From Spirochaetia bacterium (GTDB taxonomy: Bacteria > Spirochaetota > Spirochaetia > UBA9216): 64,000 nt of DNA. The stretch lies in contig CAXXYH010000004.1 in the NCBI GenBank assembly GCA_963677925.2, positions 416,001-480,000 of the forward strand, in the 5' to 3' direction. The position numbers were made by a program, and so were the translations under genes. Of the stretch, positions 38,987 through 47,872 are shown in pieces; position 1 is the stretch's first letter; each line of letters begins with the position of its first letter. The notes beneath the pieces were generated by a model that saw nothing but the letters and a program-made list of their open reading frames with translations, made no database searches and had not been told where the DNA came from.

Positions 38987-39002
38987 ATAATAGGAGTTGT
39001 GT

Positions 39003-39455
39003 ATGAAAACTAAGCAGAATATCAGCCTGCAGGAAATCACGGAAGATACTTTATCAGATATTCTATCACTTGAAGTAAATGAAGCTCAGCAGCATCTGAT
39101 CACAAGTAATGCTAAATCAATCGCTCAGGCTCACTTTTCCAGGTACTCATGGATGCGAGCCGTCTATGCCGGTGAAGTAGCGGTCGGCTTTATCCTGCTT
39201 TACCTTGAGCCGAATAAACCCAGATATGAAATCTGGAGGTTTATGATAGACAAGGACTATCAGGGCCTTGGTTACGGACGGATAGCAATGGAGCTGGTAA
39301 TTGAGTTTGTGAAGGATTTACCGGGCAGTACTGAAATCAATCTCTGCTATGTTCCTGAAAAGGGCAACTCCTCCGGCTTTTTCAAGAAGCTCGGTTTTGT
39401 TGATTCCGGAGAATTTCACGGAAATGAAAAAGAGATGAAGCTGGAACTTCTTTGA
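39003..39455 (+). CDS. GNAT N-acetyltransferase (spermidine acetyltransferase BltD-like)
   Basis: SNAKSIAQA, RFMIDKDYQGLGYG, FFKKLGF; AGGAG SD. Confidence 0.85.
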   Translation: MKTKQNISLQEITEDTLSDILSLEVNEAQQHLITSNAKSIAQAHFSRYSWMRAVYAGEVAVGFILLYLEPNKPRYEIWRFMIDKDYQGLGYGRIAMELVIEFVKDLPGSTEINLCYVPEKGNSSGFFKKLGFVDSGEFHGNEKEMKLELL

Positions 39456-39934
39456 AAAAGCTTACACTCATCCGTCATGCCTCCGCTGTAGATTACAGCA
39501 ATGACGGTGATTTCGGACGGGTTCTTAAAAAAAAGGGAATAAGGCAGGCTGAAAAGCTTGCCCTGTACTTTTCGGAAAATAATATATGCTGTGACCTGTT
39601 TGTTTCCAGTAATGCAGCCAGAGCCAGGGAAACAGCAGAAATAGTTTATAATTCAATAGCCCCGGGCTGCGGGCTGCAGACTCTGCTTCTTTCAGAAGAG
39701 CTTTACCTGCCTTCCGCCGGTCAGCTTTTTGATTTTTTCAATGAACTGGACGGAAATCCTGACAGTATTTTTCTTTGTTCACATAATAACGGAATAAGTG
39801 ATTTTGCACAGATAACCTGCTCAAAGGGCGGCATTATGATGCCGACAGGATCTGCTGTAATAATAGAATGTGATATTGAAAACTGGCAGGAGCTTGAACC
39901 GGGAAAGGGCCGGCTGCTGGAATTCCTATCCTGA
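39452..39934 (+). CDS. SixA-like histidine phosphatase
   Basis: IRHA, SS..RARETA, SHN, MPT. Confidence 0.82.
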   Translation: MKKLTLIRHASAVDYSNDGDFGRVLKKKGIRQAEKLALYFSENNICCDLFVSSNAARARETAEIVYNSIAPGCGLQTLLLSEELYLPSAGQLFDFFNELDGNPDSIFLCSHNNGISDFAQITCSKGGIMMPTGSAVIIECDIENWQELEPGKGRLLEFLS

Positions 39935-40006
39935 ATCCGGCAGACTCAGCTATGCATTGTGTTAGCAATGTAAAAATATAGCTTTAAAAAGAGCCTATTA
40001 CGCAGT

Positions 40007-40915
40007 TTAAAGCTCTATTACATTACCTTCCCGGGCCAGATCAATTTCCATGCTGTAGTTCTGATATTTCTTCCTGTATAAATCAAGCAGACTTTCAAGG
40101 TTTTCATCATCCCTTTCCATAGCATGATGGAACAGGAATAGTTTTTTTACGTTATTATCACCGGCATTTTTAATTGTCCATTCAAAAGAGGAATGTCCCC
40201 AGCCTTTAAAATTCTTTATCAGTTCTTCCTGGGTGTACTGGCTGTCATGCACAAGAACGTCTGATCCGGCATAGAAGTCGCATAGTTCCTGGTTTGCCTC
40301 ATCTGCAGCCAGCCGTCCCTCTTCCGCAGCCATCTCATCATAAGAGGGGTCTTCCGGGTCTTCCGGAAAAAGATTGAAAAAGGGCTCGGTGTCATATGCT
40401 GTGGTAAAGGATTTTCCTTCATACTCAAAGCGGTAGCCGAGAGTAAGTATCGGGTGGTTGAGGTAATGAGTTTTTAAAACCAGCCCGTCGCCGAGATCCA
40501 TAACCCCCTGCTGCAGATGGTGATATTTGATTGTCGCACTCAGCTCGGAGTGCTTAACCGGAAAGTACCTGTATGAGAACTGATCAGAAATAATCTTCTC
40601 AAGACCTTCCTCTTCATAGGTAACAGGTCCGTAAATATCAATATTTATGCCTTTAATATAAATCGGAGTAAAATAGGGCAGGCCCATTATATGATCCGAA
40701 TGTGTATGTGTAAGGAAAATACGTATGTTCTTTGGACAACCGTTTTTCATAAGCTGATTTCCAAGAAGTCGAATTCCGGAGCCTGCATCGATGATTATCA
40801 GTTCATCCCTGTCTCCGTATCTGAACTCAATACAGGCGGTGTTTCCGCCGATTCTAACTGTCCCGGGGCCCGGACAGGGTGTGGAGCCTCTGACTCCCCA
40901 GAAACGGATTTTCAT
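40007..40915 (-). CDS. MBL-fold metallo-hydrolase (phosphodiesterase-like)
   Basis: FWGVRGS, GGNTAC, DAGSG, THTHSDH, DTE, DSQY, GWGHS, FHH. Confidence 0.88.
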   Translation of the reverse strand: MKIRFWGVRGSTPCPGPGTVRIGGNTACIEFRYGDRDELIIIDAGSGIRLLGNQLMKNGCPKNIRIFLTHTHSDHIMGLPYFTPIYIKGINIDIYGPVTYEEEGLEKIISDQFSYRYFPVKHSELSATIKYHHLQQGVMDLGDGLVLKTHYLNHPILTLGYRFEYEGKSFTTAYDTEPFFNLFPEDPEDPSYDEMAAEEGRLAADEANQELCDFYAGSDVLVHDSQYTQEELIKNFKGWGHSSFEWTIKNAGDNNVKKLFLFHHAMERDDENLESLLDLYRKKYQNYSMEIDLAREGNVIEL

Positions 40916-40929
40916 CTAAAACCTCCGGA

Positions 40930-41784
40930 TTATTGGGAGAGCTTAAGGAAAACTCTCGCCTTATCAATTTCCGCCTTTATTTCATCCTGAAGCGGTTCAA
41001 TCTCATCAAACTGTATCCCCAGCTGATTATATACTTCGGGTGCCGGTTCTACAGGGTGCCGGTTGCCGGCGAATCCTCGTTCGAAATACAGAGAGGCAAA
41101 ATCGGCGATAGATACAGCATATACAACCTTTTTATATTCACCTTCATATTCACCGGAATTGTGATGGTATCGGGTTGCGTCAGCAATTCCGCCCTCAATT
41201 TTCCATGCTGATGATATCATTTCACCTGTTTCCTGATGGTCAAAGCCGAAAAGACTCATCTCAATCAGATGAAGCGGTGTTTTTTCCATGTCCGATTTTG
41301 AAATGGCCGCGAGGTATTCATTAGGAAAACATCGGGTGATTGGAATCTTTCCAATATCATGCAGGAGTCCGGCAATAAAGTATTCTTCGAGGGTTTTCGG
41401 ATCTGCTTTAATCTTTTTTGCTATCAACTTGGAAATAACACCGGTACAGAGTGAATGCTCCCAAAAACCGTCCATATCAATAGGACCCTGAGGCCCTTTT
41501 GAAGACATGTTTGCAAGTATTGCCGTACTCAATGCAAGATTTTTAACCGTGTTAAGGCCCAGAAGTATAATTGCTCTTACAAGGGAGTTGATCTTGTTCG
41601 GCCGGCTGTAATAGGCTGAATTAATCAGCTGCATTACTTTGCCCATAAGAACCGGATCCATGCTGATTATTTTATTCAGATCTGCAGGTGATGCTTTGGG
41701 ATCATTGCAGACTTCCATTACCCTGGTTACTGTTGCCGGGAGGCTCGGCATTTTATTTATATAATTGGTAATTTTATTCTTCAT
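40930..41784 (-). CDS. HDOD domain protein
   Basis: MPSLP, DPVL...NSAYY, FWEHS, GLLHDIGK, DHQETG...W, YHH; start at 41784 inferred from GGAG SD. Confidence 0.9.
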   Translation of the reverse strand: MKNKITNYINKMPSLPATVTRVMEVCNDPKASPADLNKIISMDPVLMGKVMQLINSAYYSRPNKINSLVRAIILLGLNTVKNLALSTAILANMSSKGPQGPIDMDGFWEHSLCTGVISKLIAKKIKADPKTLEEYFIAGLLHDIGKIPITRCFPNEYLAAISKSDMEKTPLHLIEMSLFGFDHQETGEMISSAWKIEGGIADATRYHHNSGEYEGEYKKVVYAVSIADFASLYFERGFAGNRHPVEPAPEVYNQLGIQFDEIEPLQDEIKAEIDKARVFLKLSQ

Positions 41785-44179
41785 CTTCATCTCCCTTTGC
41801 AGGTCCATTGAGTCTGCTGAGGATTGATTTCAACTTTTCACTTAATGCTGTGGCTATATTAGCATTAGGAAGCGAATTTGTTAAGTTATTTATGAAGCTG
41901 AATGTTTCACCAACCTTTTTCTTTGAAAGCGGAGGAGTATATTTTACGGGGAAGGGTCCTTCTGTCTCTTCAAGCTGCGTTTCGGTCTCTTTTTCAGAGT
42001 CTTCTGTGTTCAGTTTTTTCAGCAGACCCGGATCTCCGTGAAGTTTGGATTTAAGTGCTGCAAGTTTCAGCCGTTCCTCGCTGTACACGTATTCTTTCTG
42101 TTTATCTTTAGGAAGAAAGGAGGTAAGGCGATCCAGATAGCCGAATATATTTTCTTCCGGTTCCTCATCCTCTTCTTCTTCCTCGTCCTCAATAGGAACA
42201 AAATCTTCTGAATCGAAATTTTCATCCTCAGATTCTGGTTCTTCAGAGACGGCTGCTTCGGTTTCATTATCTGCTTCCGGTTCGGGGTCTTCTTCAGGTT
42301 CGGGGTCCGGAGGCTGCTGTTTTATAATAATAGGGGAAGTTTCCAGTTTGATTGTAAAGGGGTTGCCGAGGCCGGGAAATCCGCCAGGTTCTCTTTTTAT
42401 CTCTTCTTTGGTCTCAATCTCTTTTTTCTCCGGAATTTCATCCTCTTCCTCGGGTTCCGGGATGAACTCATCTTCATCGGTAATTGTCAGTGTTTCTGTG
42501 TCTTCATCGAAAAGGATAACCGGATCAATTCCGCCGATATCCAGAATCGGAACATATTCATTGCCTATATCTTTCAGTCCGTCAAAAAGAAAGCTTTTTT
42601 CCTCATGCCCGATTGGGTTATCATCATAGCTGCTGAAAAGCGCTTCAAGGTTTTTTTCCCACTCACGGCTGTATTTTCTTGCGTATTCGGAAGCCATTTC
42701 TTCATAGAGCTGAAGATCAAGATTCAATTTATTTAAATCCAGGTTGTCTGTATTTTCATTTCTTAGTGTCGCCAGCTTTTCAGCGGTCTTAAGTGCTGTT
42801 TCAGTGTCCCCCGTCTCTCTCGCTGTTGCTGCCGTCTGTTCAAGGATTTCAATGTTTTCGGGATCATGTTCAAGGATACCAAGGAGAACAGAGAGGGCTT
42901 TGTCATAATCTTCTTTTTCAAGATAAAGCCGGGAAAGCAGTTTCGCAGTTTCCGCATCACCCGGCTTTTTCTGATATACCTTTTCGCATTCTTCTATAGC
43001 GGCGTCCAGTTTGTTTTCGGACTTTAAAAGAAGGGCAAGCTGCATCCGGTTTTCATGCGATTCCGGGTCTATCAGAAGACCTTTCCGGTATGTATTGATT
43101 GCTTTGCTTTTTTTTCCGCTGCGGTTCATCTGCCTGGCAAGAGAAAACCATGCGCGGCTTTCCTCACTGTTACGGTCAAGAACATAACGGATATGCTGAA
43201 AGGCTTCGTTGTATTTTCCGGTATCTATAAGAATATTGCCCAGCAGCAGGCGGAGGTTCAGATTGTTTTCCTCATTTTCCAGATATGTCCGAAGCAGGTT
43301 TTCTGCCTTTTTATAATCTCTCCGCTTGAAATAAATTTCAGCAAGACTGGCCGCAGCGGGTGCATAATCAGGATGTCTGGTAATCAGATGATAGAGTTTA
43401 AGCTCCGCCTCTTTTTCGTCTCCCTTTTTTAACAGGAGTTCGGCGGAGCGGCATTCCGCCTCCCGGTTTTCCGGATCAAGTTCCAGCACCCTGCTGTAAA
43501 CTCTGTCTGCTTCTCCGGGATTCTTGTCTCTAAGTATATCACCGAGAGCTAAAAGGCATTCCTCCCACCCCGGATTTGCTTTTAAGGCATGACGATATTC
43601 CGCTTCTGCCTTTCCGGGATTTCCGGTTTTCCGGTATAGATTTCCAAGGTTAAAATGGAGTGCCGGATTGTTGGGATCTGCTGCAAGCCCGTCTTTAAGT
43701 AAGCTTTCTGCTTCCTTTCCCCGCCCTTTTTCAAGAAGCATAATAGCAAAATTATTGTACGACTGTGTAAAGCTGCTGTCCTTCTGAATTGAAAGCCGGT
43801 AAATTTGTTCTGCTTTTTCTGTATCGCCGAGGTTTCTGTGTATATTTGCAATATTGAATATTATGTCGGCGCGATCTTTTGCCAGCTGGTAGGCCTTCTG
43901 GGCTGCGTCGAGGGCTGATCGGTATTCACGGCGCTTCTGGTGAAGCAGTGCAATATTTATCCATGGTTCCGGATTTTTTGGTTCAAGTGCTATTATCCGG
44001 TCAAATGATTCGAATGCATTTGAATACCGGTTCTGTCTTGCATAGACATTACCCAGCATAAGCAGACTGCTAACATCTTCAGGATCCTCCCTGACTGCCC
44101 TTCTGCAAAGTTTTTCCGCCCGGATTAAATCTCCGGTCATGACTGCATTTCTTGCTCTTGTAAGTAACTGGCTGCTCAT
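41774..44179 (-). CDS. Large TPR protein with acidic low-complexity C-terminal region
   Basis: Many consecutive TPR-like repeats; E/D/P-rich tract; no signal peptide. Confidence 0.88.
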   Translation of the reverse strand: MSSQLLTRARNAVMTGDLIRAEKLCRRAVREDPEDVSSLLMLGNVYARQNRYSNAFESFDRIIALEPKNPEPWINIALLHQKRREYRSALDAAQKAYQLAKDRADIIFNIANIHRNLGDTEKAEQIYRLSIQKDSSFTQSYNNFAIMLLEKGRGKEAESLLKDGLAADPNNPALHFNLGNLYRKTGNPGKAEAEYRHALKANPGWEECLLALGDILRDKNPGEADRVYSRVLELDPENREAECRSAELLLKKGDEKEAELKLYHLITRHPDYAPAAASLAEIYFKRRDYKKAENLLRTYLENEENNLNLRLLLGNILIDTGKYNEAFQHIRYVLDRNSEESRAWFSLARQMNRSGKKSKAINTYRKGLLIDPESHENRMQLALLLKSENKLDAAIEECEKVYQKKPGDAETAKLLSRLYLEKEDYDKALSVLLGILEHDPENIEILEQTAATARETGDTETALKTAEKLATLRNENTDNLDLNKLNLDLQLYEEMASEYARKYSREWEKNLEALFSSYDDNPIGHEEKSFLFDGLKDIGNEYVPILDIGGIDPVILFDEDTETLTITDEDEFIPEPEEEDEIPEKKEIETKEEIKREPGGFPGLGNPFTIKLETSPIIIKQQPPDPEPEEDPEPEADNETEAAVSEEPESEDENFDSEDFVPIEDEEEEEDEEPEENIFGYLDRLTSFLPKDKQKEYVYSEERLKLAALKSKLHGDPGLLKKLNTEDSEKETETQLEETEGPFPVKYTPPLSKKKVGETFSFINNLTNSLPNANIATALSEKLKSILSRLNGPAKGDEDEE

Positions 44180-45678
44180 TGATTGGTCCTGAGTAAGGCG
44201 GATGGTCTGGCACTGATTTCTTTTGAAAAGCGGCTTTCCTGAGAATTTTCAGAGGAATCGTAGGATGTCACCGCAAAGTAGTATATCTGGCCGTTTTTAA
44301 GTCCGGTGAGAGTTATTTCTGTGTTATCGCCTGTGTCTACAGGAGAAGGTCCCTGAACGGAAACTGAACTGAAATAGTATCCGGGCTTCTCGCCGTAGTA
44401 GACTTTATATCCGCTGATATCGGAGTCATTTACCCGGTTCCAGCTTAACCTCACACTTCCGTTTCCGCTTTCCGCAGTTATTTGTTCGGGCGGCAGCGGC
44501 GGAAGGTTCCGTTCATACTGCAGTCTGATTTCTGAGAGCACAGGAGAATTTTTTCCTGTACCATCGGGGTAAAGATCCGCCTTAATCTGCACAAAACGTC
44601 CCCTGACAGACGGCGGAAGCAGCTGGTCGGGTTTAAACTGAACCCATGAAGGTTTGGATGAGGAGGAACTGAAGTAATCCTCCGAAATACGGTAGTAATA
44701 GAAAATATCGGTTTTACCGGGTTTTCTTGCAACAGTAGATATTCTCAGCAGTCTGCAGCCGCTGTTCTGCAGATCAAATACAGAAGTTGAGGCTGAGCCT
44801 CCGGAAGTTCCAAATATGGATATATCAGGTTCAGAAAAGGCTCTGGTTAATCTAAGTTCATCAAGATACCCGGAATAACTTTTACCCAGGATTATATTTG
44901 CCGGTTTCTGATTTCCTATAACCGCGGCGAACATTTCTCCGGTTTCACGCCCACTCGAGTTTGCGTATGTAATAACTTCAGGGATTCCATCAATCAGGTA
45001 TTCTATCAGCCCTGTTTCACTGTTATACCGGATAAGGTGATGGTGCCAGATCCCCGGGATCATAACACCGGTAGATGTAAGTTCAATCATGGTTTCTGAA
45101 AAGTCTGCCGGCAGGAAGAAATTTTCAAAAACCCAGTTCAGCCGGCGCCCGGATATAACACAAAGTATGGTCTGCTGAAGTGTCATCTCTCCGGATTTTA
45201 TGGCTCCGCTCCACTGGAATATCTTCTCACCTTCAGACAGCCGGATTGGGTACAGCCAGAACTCAATAGAGAAATCATTGATTTTCCCGTTTCCCGCGGC
45301 CAGAAGGGCGGCTCTTCCAGGCGAAAGTTCAATAAAGGCGTTATCACCGGGAAAGGCTCCGGCCTGCTCTCCTAGTTTTCTTTCCTTATCAGTCGTGAGA
45401 ATTCCCTGATTCCTGACCACATTATAATTTCCGCTTCGGTCCATTATATTTCCATTGAAGTGGATGAGCAAATCAGTGTCATCAGTAACCTGGTATTCGT
45501 TGTTCTTCAGCTGAATGTTTGACATTCCCTGAGCTGATTCCGAGTAGGTAATATTATCTCTTATACTAATCTGATCCCAGCTGCCGTTTCCGACAATAAT
45601 TTCCTGTGAGAATACGGCTGTTGCTGATACCAGAAAGATTAAAAAGACTGTTATCAGTATTTTCGGTGTTTTAAACAT
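44176..45678 (-). CDS. Exported LamG-like jelly-roll + fibronectin type III protein
   Basis: Signal peptide; FSIEFW, WHHH, YSGYLDELR (LamG); LSW..GYKVYY..LTGLKNG..YYFAVTSY (FN3). Confidence 0.85.
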   Translation of the reverse strand: MFKTPKILITVFLIFLVSATAVFSQEIIVGNGSWDQISIRDNITYSESAQGMSNIQLKNNEYQVTDDTDLLIHFNGNIMDRSGNYNVVRNQGILTTDKERKLGEQAGAFPGDNAFIELSPGRAALLAAGNGKINDFSIEFWLYPIRLSEGEKIFQWSGAIKSGEMTLQQTILCVISGRRLNWVFENFFLPADFSETMIELTSTGVMIPGIWHHHLIRYNSETGLIEYLIDGIPEVITYANSSGRETGEMFAAVIGNQKPANIILGKSYSGYLDELRLTRAFSEPDISIFGTSGGSASTSVFDLQNSGCRLLRISTVARKPGKTDIFYYYRISEDYFSSSSSKPSWVQFKPDQLLPPSVRGRFVQIKADLYPDGTGKNSPVLSEIRLQYERNLPPLPPEQITAESGNGSVRLSWNRVNDSDISGYKVYYGEKPGYYFSSVSVQGPSPVDTGDNTEITLTGLKNGQIYYFAVTSYDSSENSQESRFSKEISARPSALLRTNQ

Positions 45679-45739
45679 ATCTTCTCTTTAATAATCGGAA
45701 ATAATTTTCTATTTCTGTATTACGTATTATTATAATTAT

Positions 45740-47530
45740 ATGGATAAGCTTAAAGCTGTGGCTGCAGAATTTCCAGGACTTCCCGGTGTTTATATAATGA
45801 AAAACATTTCAGGGAAAGTAATTTATGTCGGAAAGGCTATAAATCTGAAAAAAAGGGTCAGCTCCTATTTTCTGGGAAAGAAGGATCCTAAAACCAGTGT
45901 TCTTGTAAAAAAAATCTCAACAATTGAACACATCGTCACTGATTCCGAGTATGAAGCTCTTCTCCTGGAAAACATACTGATAAAAAAATACAACCCGAGA
46001 TACAATATCCGCCTTAAAGACGGAAAGACCTATCCTGTAATCAGAATTACCAATGAAGAATTTCCACAGGTTTTCAAAACGCGCAGGATTATCCGTGACG
46101 GTTCCAAATATTTCGGACCCTTCGCTTCGGCGGGGCTGCTTAATGTTTACATAGACACAATAGAAAAGATCTTTCCGCTCAGGCGCTGCCGTGGAGCCCT
46201 GAAAAAAAGGCAGAATCCCTGTCTCTACTACCATATAGGCCGCTGTTCGGCACCCTGTGCCGGGAAAATCTCAGCCGAAGACTACGGCAGTATTATTGCC
46301 CAGGTTGAGGAACTAATATCCGGTGACAGTGAAGATCTGAAAAACTGGCTGAATGATAGGATGCAGGAAGCTTCTGAAAAGCTGGAATTTGAAAAGGCTG
46401 CCGGATTCAGGGATGCGATTATAGCTGCGGAATCAATTGAAAATGAGGCTGGTCAGAATATAATCGATTTTAATGAAATTACCCGTGATTATATTGCCTG
46501 TGACTCCTGGAATGATAAATACACATTTACTGTTCTTCAGATGAGGGGCGGAAAACTTACCGGACGTGAGTTGTTCAGGAATGATTTTCCCGGTGGAGAT
46601 GAAGAAGCCTTCGAGCAGTTTGTTGTACAGTTCTATTCAGACGGGAATGAGATTCCCCGGCAGCTTTATTTTTCAAAGCTTTTCGATACCGTGAATCTGA
46701 AGAATTTTTTCATCTCGGAACTGGAACATGACATTGAAATGTTTTTTCCGGACAAGGGCAGACATTTTTCGGTTGTAAAGATGGCTGAAGAGAATGCCCG
46801 GCAGGATATCCTCAAAAGGAAGAAGGATGCCGGTGATGTCGAAGGACTTGAAAGACTTAAGGAGACGCTGGGACTTAAGAAGGTTCCGGCAAGGATTGAG
46901 GGCTTTGATATAGCCCAGCTGTCGGGAAAATATCCGGTTGCTTCTCTGATATCATTTGTAAACGGCATCCCTGATAAAACAGGATATAGACATTTTAATC
47001 TGAAGACTCTTGATGGAAAAATTGATGACTTTGCCTCTGTTCGAGAGGCCGTAACAAGACGGTATACAAGGGTTTTAAACGAGAATCTGCCGCAGCCCGA
47101 TCTGGTTCTGATCGACGGCGGACCCGGTCAGGTAAGTGCGGCAAGAGGTGTTTTGAACGCGCTGGGTCTGGAGGATATTCCGGTTATCGGACTTGCCAAG
47201 AAAAATGAAGAAATATATCTGGATAGATTCAGCAAACCGCTGAACCTGCCGGAGGGCGATCCTGCTTTGAAAATTCTTCAGTACGTAAGGGATGAAACTC
47301 ACCGTTTTGCTACCGGTTTGAACAAGAAGCACAGGGAGAGGGATTCGAGGTTTTCATTGCTTGAAGATGTTTCAGGAATCGGTCCAGCCAAGAGCAGGAA
47401 ACTGATGGAAACTTACGGTTCACTCAAGGGTATCGCAGCAGCAGGGAGGGAAGAGGTGGCTAAAACGGCCGGGATTTCAGAGGCCGCGGCAGAGGCCCTT
47501 TTTGAAAAAATAAATAATGAAAAAATTTGA
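45740..47530 (+). CDS. uvrC: Excinuclease ABC subunit C
   Basis: PGVY..YVGKA GIY-YIG, CLYYHIGRC, EGFDI, DGG, RDETHRFA, HhH. Confidence 0.97.
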   Translation: MDKLKAVAAEFPGLPGVYIMKNISGKVIYVGKAINLKKRVSSYFLGKKDPKTSVLVKKISTIEHIVTDSEYEALLLENILIKKYNPRYNIRLKDGKTYPVIRITNEEFPQVFKTRRIIRDGSKYFGPFASAGLLNVYIDTIEKIFPLRRCRGALKKRQNPCLYYHIGRCSAPCAGKISAEDYGSIIAQVEELISGDSEDLKNWLNDRMQEASEKLEFEKAAGFRDAIIAAESIENEAGQNIIDFNEITRDYIACDSWNDKYTFTVLQMRGGKLTGRELFRNDFPGGDEEAFEQFVVQFYSDGNEIPRQLYFSKLFDTVNLKNFFISELEHDIEMFFPDKGRHFSVVKMAEENARQDILKRKKDAGDVEGLERLKETLGLKKVPARIEGFDIAQLSGKYPVASLISFVNGIPDKTGYRHFNLKTLDGKIDDFASVREAVTRRYTRVLNENLPQPDLVLIDGGPGQVSAARGVLNALGLEDIPVIGLAKKNEEIYLDRFSKPLNLPEGDPALKILQYVRDETHRFATGLNKKHRERDSRFSLLEDVSGIGPAKSRKLMETYGSLKGIAAAGREEVAKTAGISEAAAEALFEKINNEKI

Positions 47531-47555
47531 CTTTTAGATCCAATTGGGCTAAATT
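47527..47555 (+). promoter_or_regulatory. sigma70 promoter of orphan RNA
   Basis: TTGACT-17-TAAATT overlapping the uvrC stop. Confidence 0.6.
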
Positions 47556-47561
47556 TATATT

Positions 47562-47762
47562 GTAAGAGGTAATCAAGCCGAAAGGCTCTAAAATGCAGCA
47601 AGGAGGAGAAAATGACTCCACCTAAATGGAACCGCCGGCAATGAGCCGGCTCACAGCAGATGTTATAGAGAGGTCATAGACCTATAAAAGAGTGAGAATT
47701 CAGCAGTCGCATAGAGACGCCTCTGAATTTTCTAAAGCCGGTAATCAGTCCGGCTTTTTTTT
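47562..47762 (+). ncRNA. Candidate ~200-nt structured RNA (6S-like rod or novel sRNA / micro-ORF mRNA)
   Basis: Own promoter and terminator; GC-richer than flanks; extensive pairing; no ORF of 60 aa or more in the ORF track on this strand. Confidence 0.6.
47734..47762 (+). terminator. Intrinsic terminator
   Basis: AAAGCCGG/CCGGCTTT with T8. Confidence 0.88.
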
Positions 47763-47823
47763 GTCCTGTTATTTCTACCGCTCTATTCAAAATCCGTCCT
47801 TTGTTAACAATTCTAAAATTTCT

Positions 47824-47852
47824 TTGATATTTTCTTTCATTCCATATATAGT
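47824..47852 (+). promoter_or_regulatory. sigma70 promoter of EEP gene
   Basis: TTGATA-17-TATAGT. Confidence 0.6.
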
Positions 47853-47872
47853 TTGAATATAAAGAGCTGAAA

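Noticed and set aside
47562-47762. tmRNA, SRP RNA, RNase P, or lysine/c-di-GMP riboswitch identity
   Set aside because: No tRNA-like ends, SRP domain IV, GAGGAAAGUCC or aptamer consensus; the downstream gene has its own promoter
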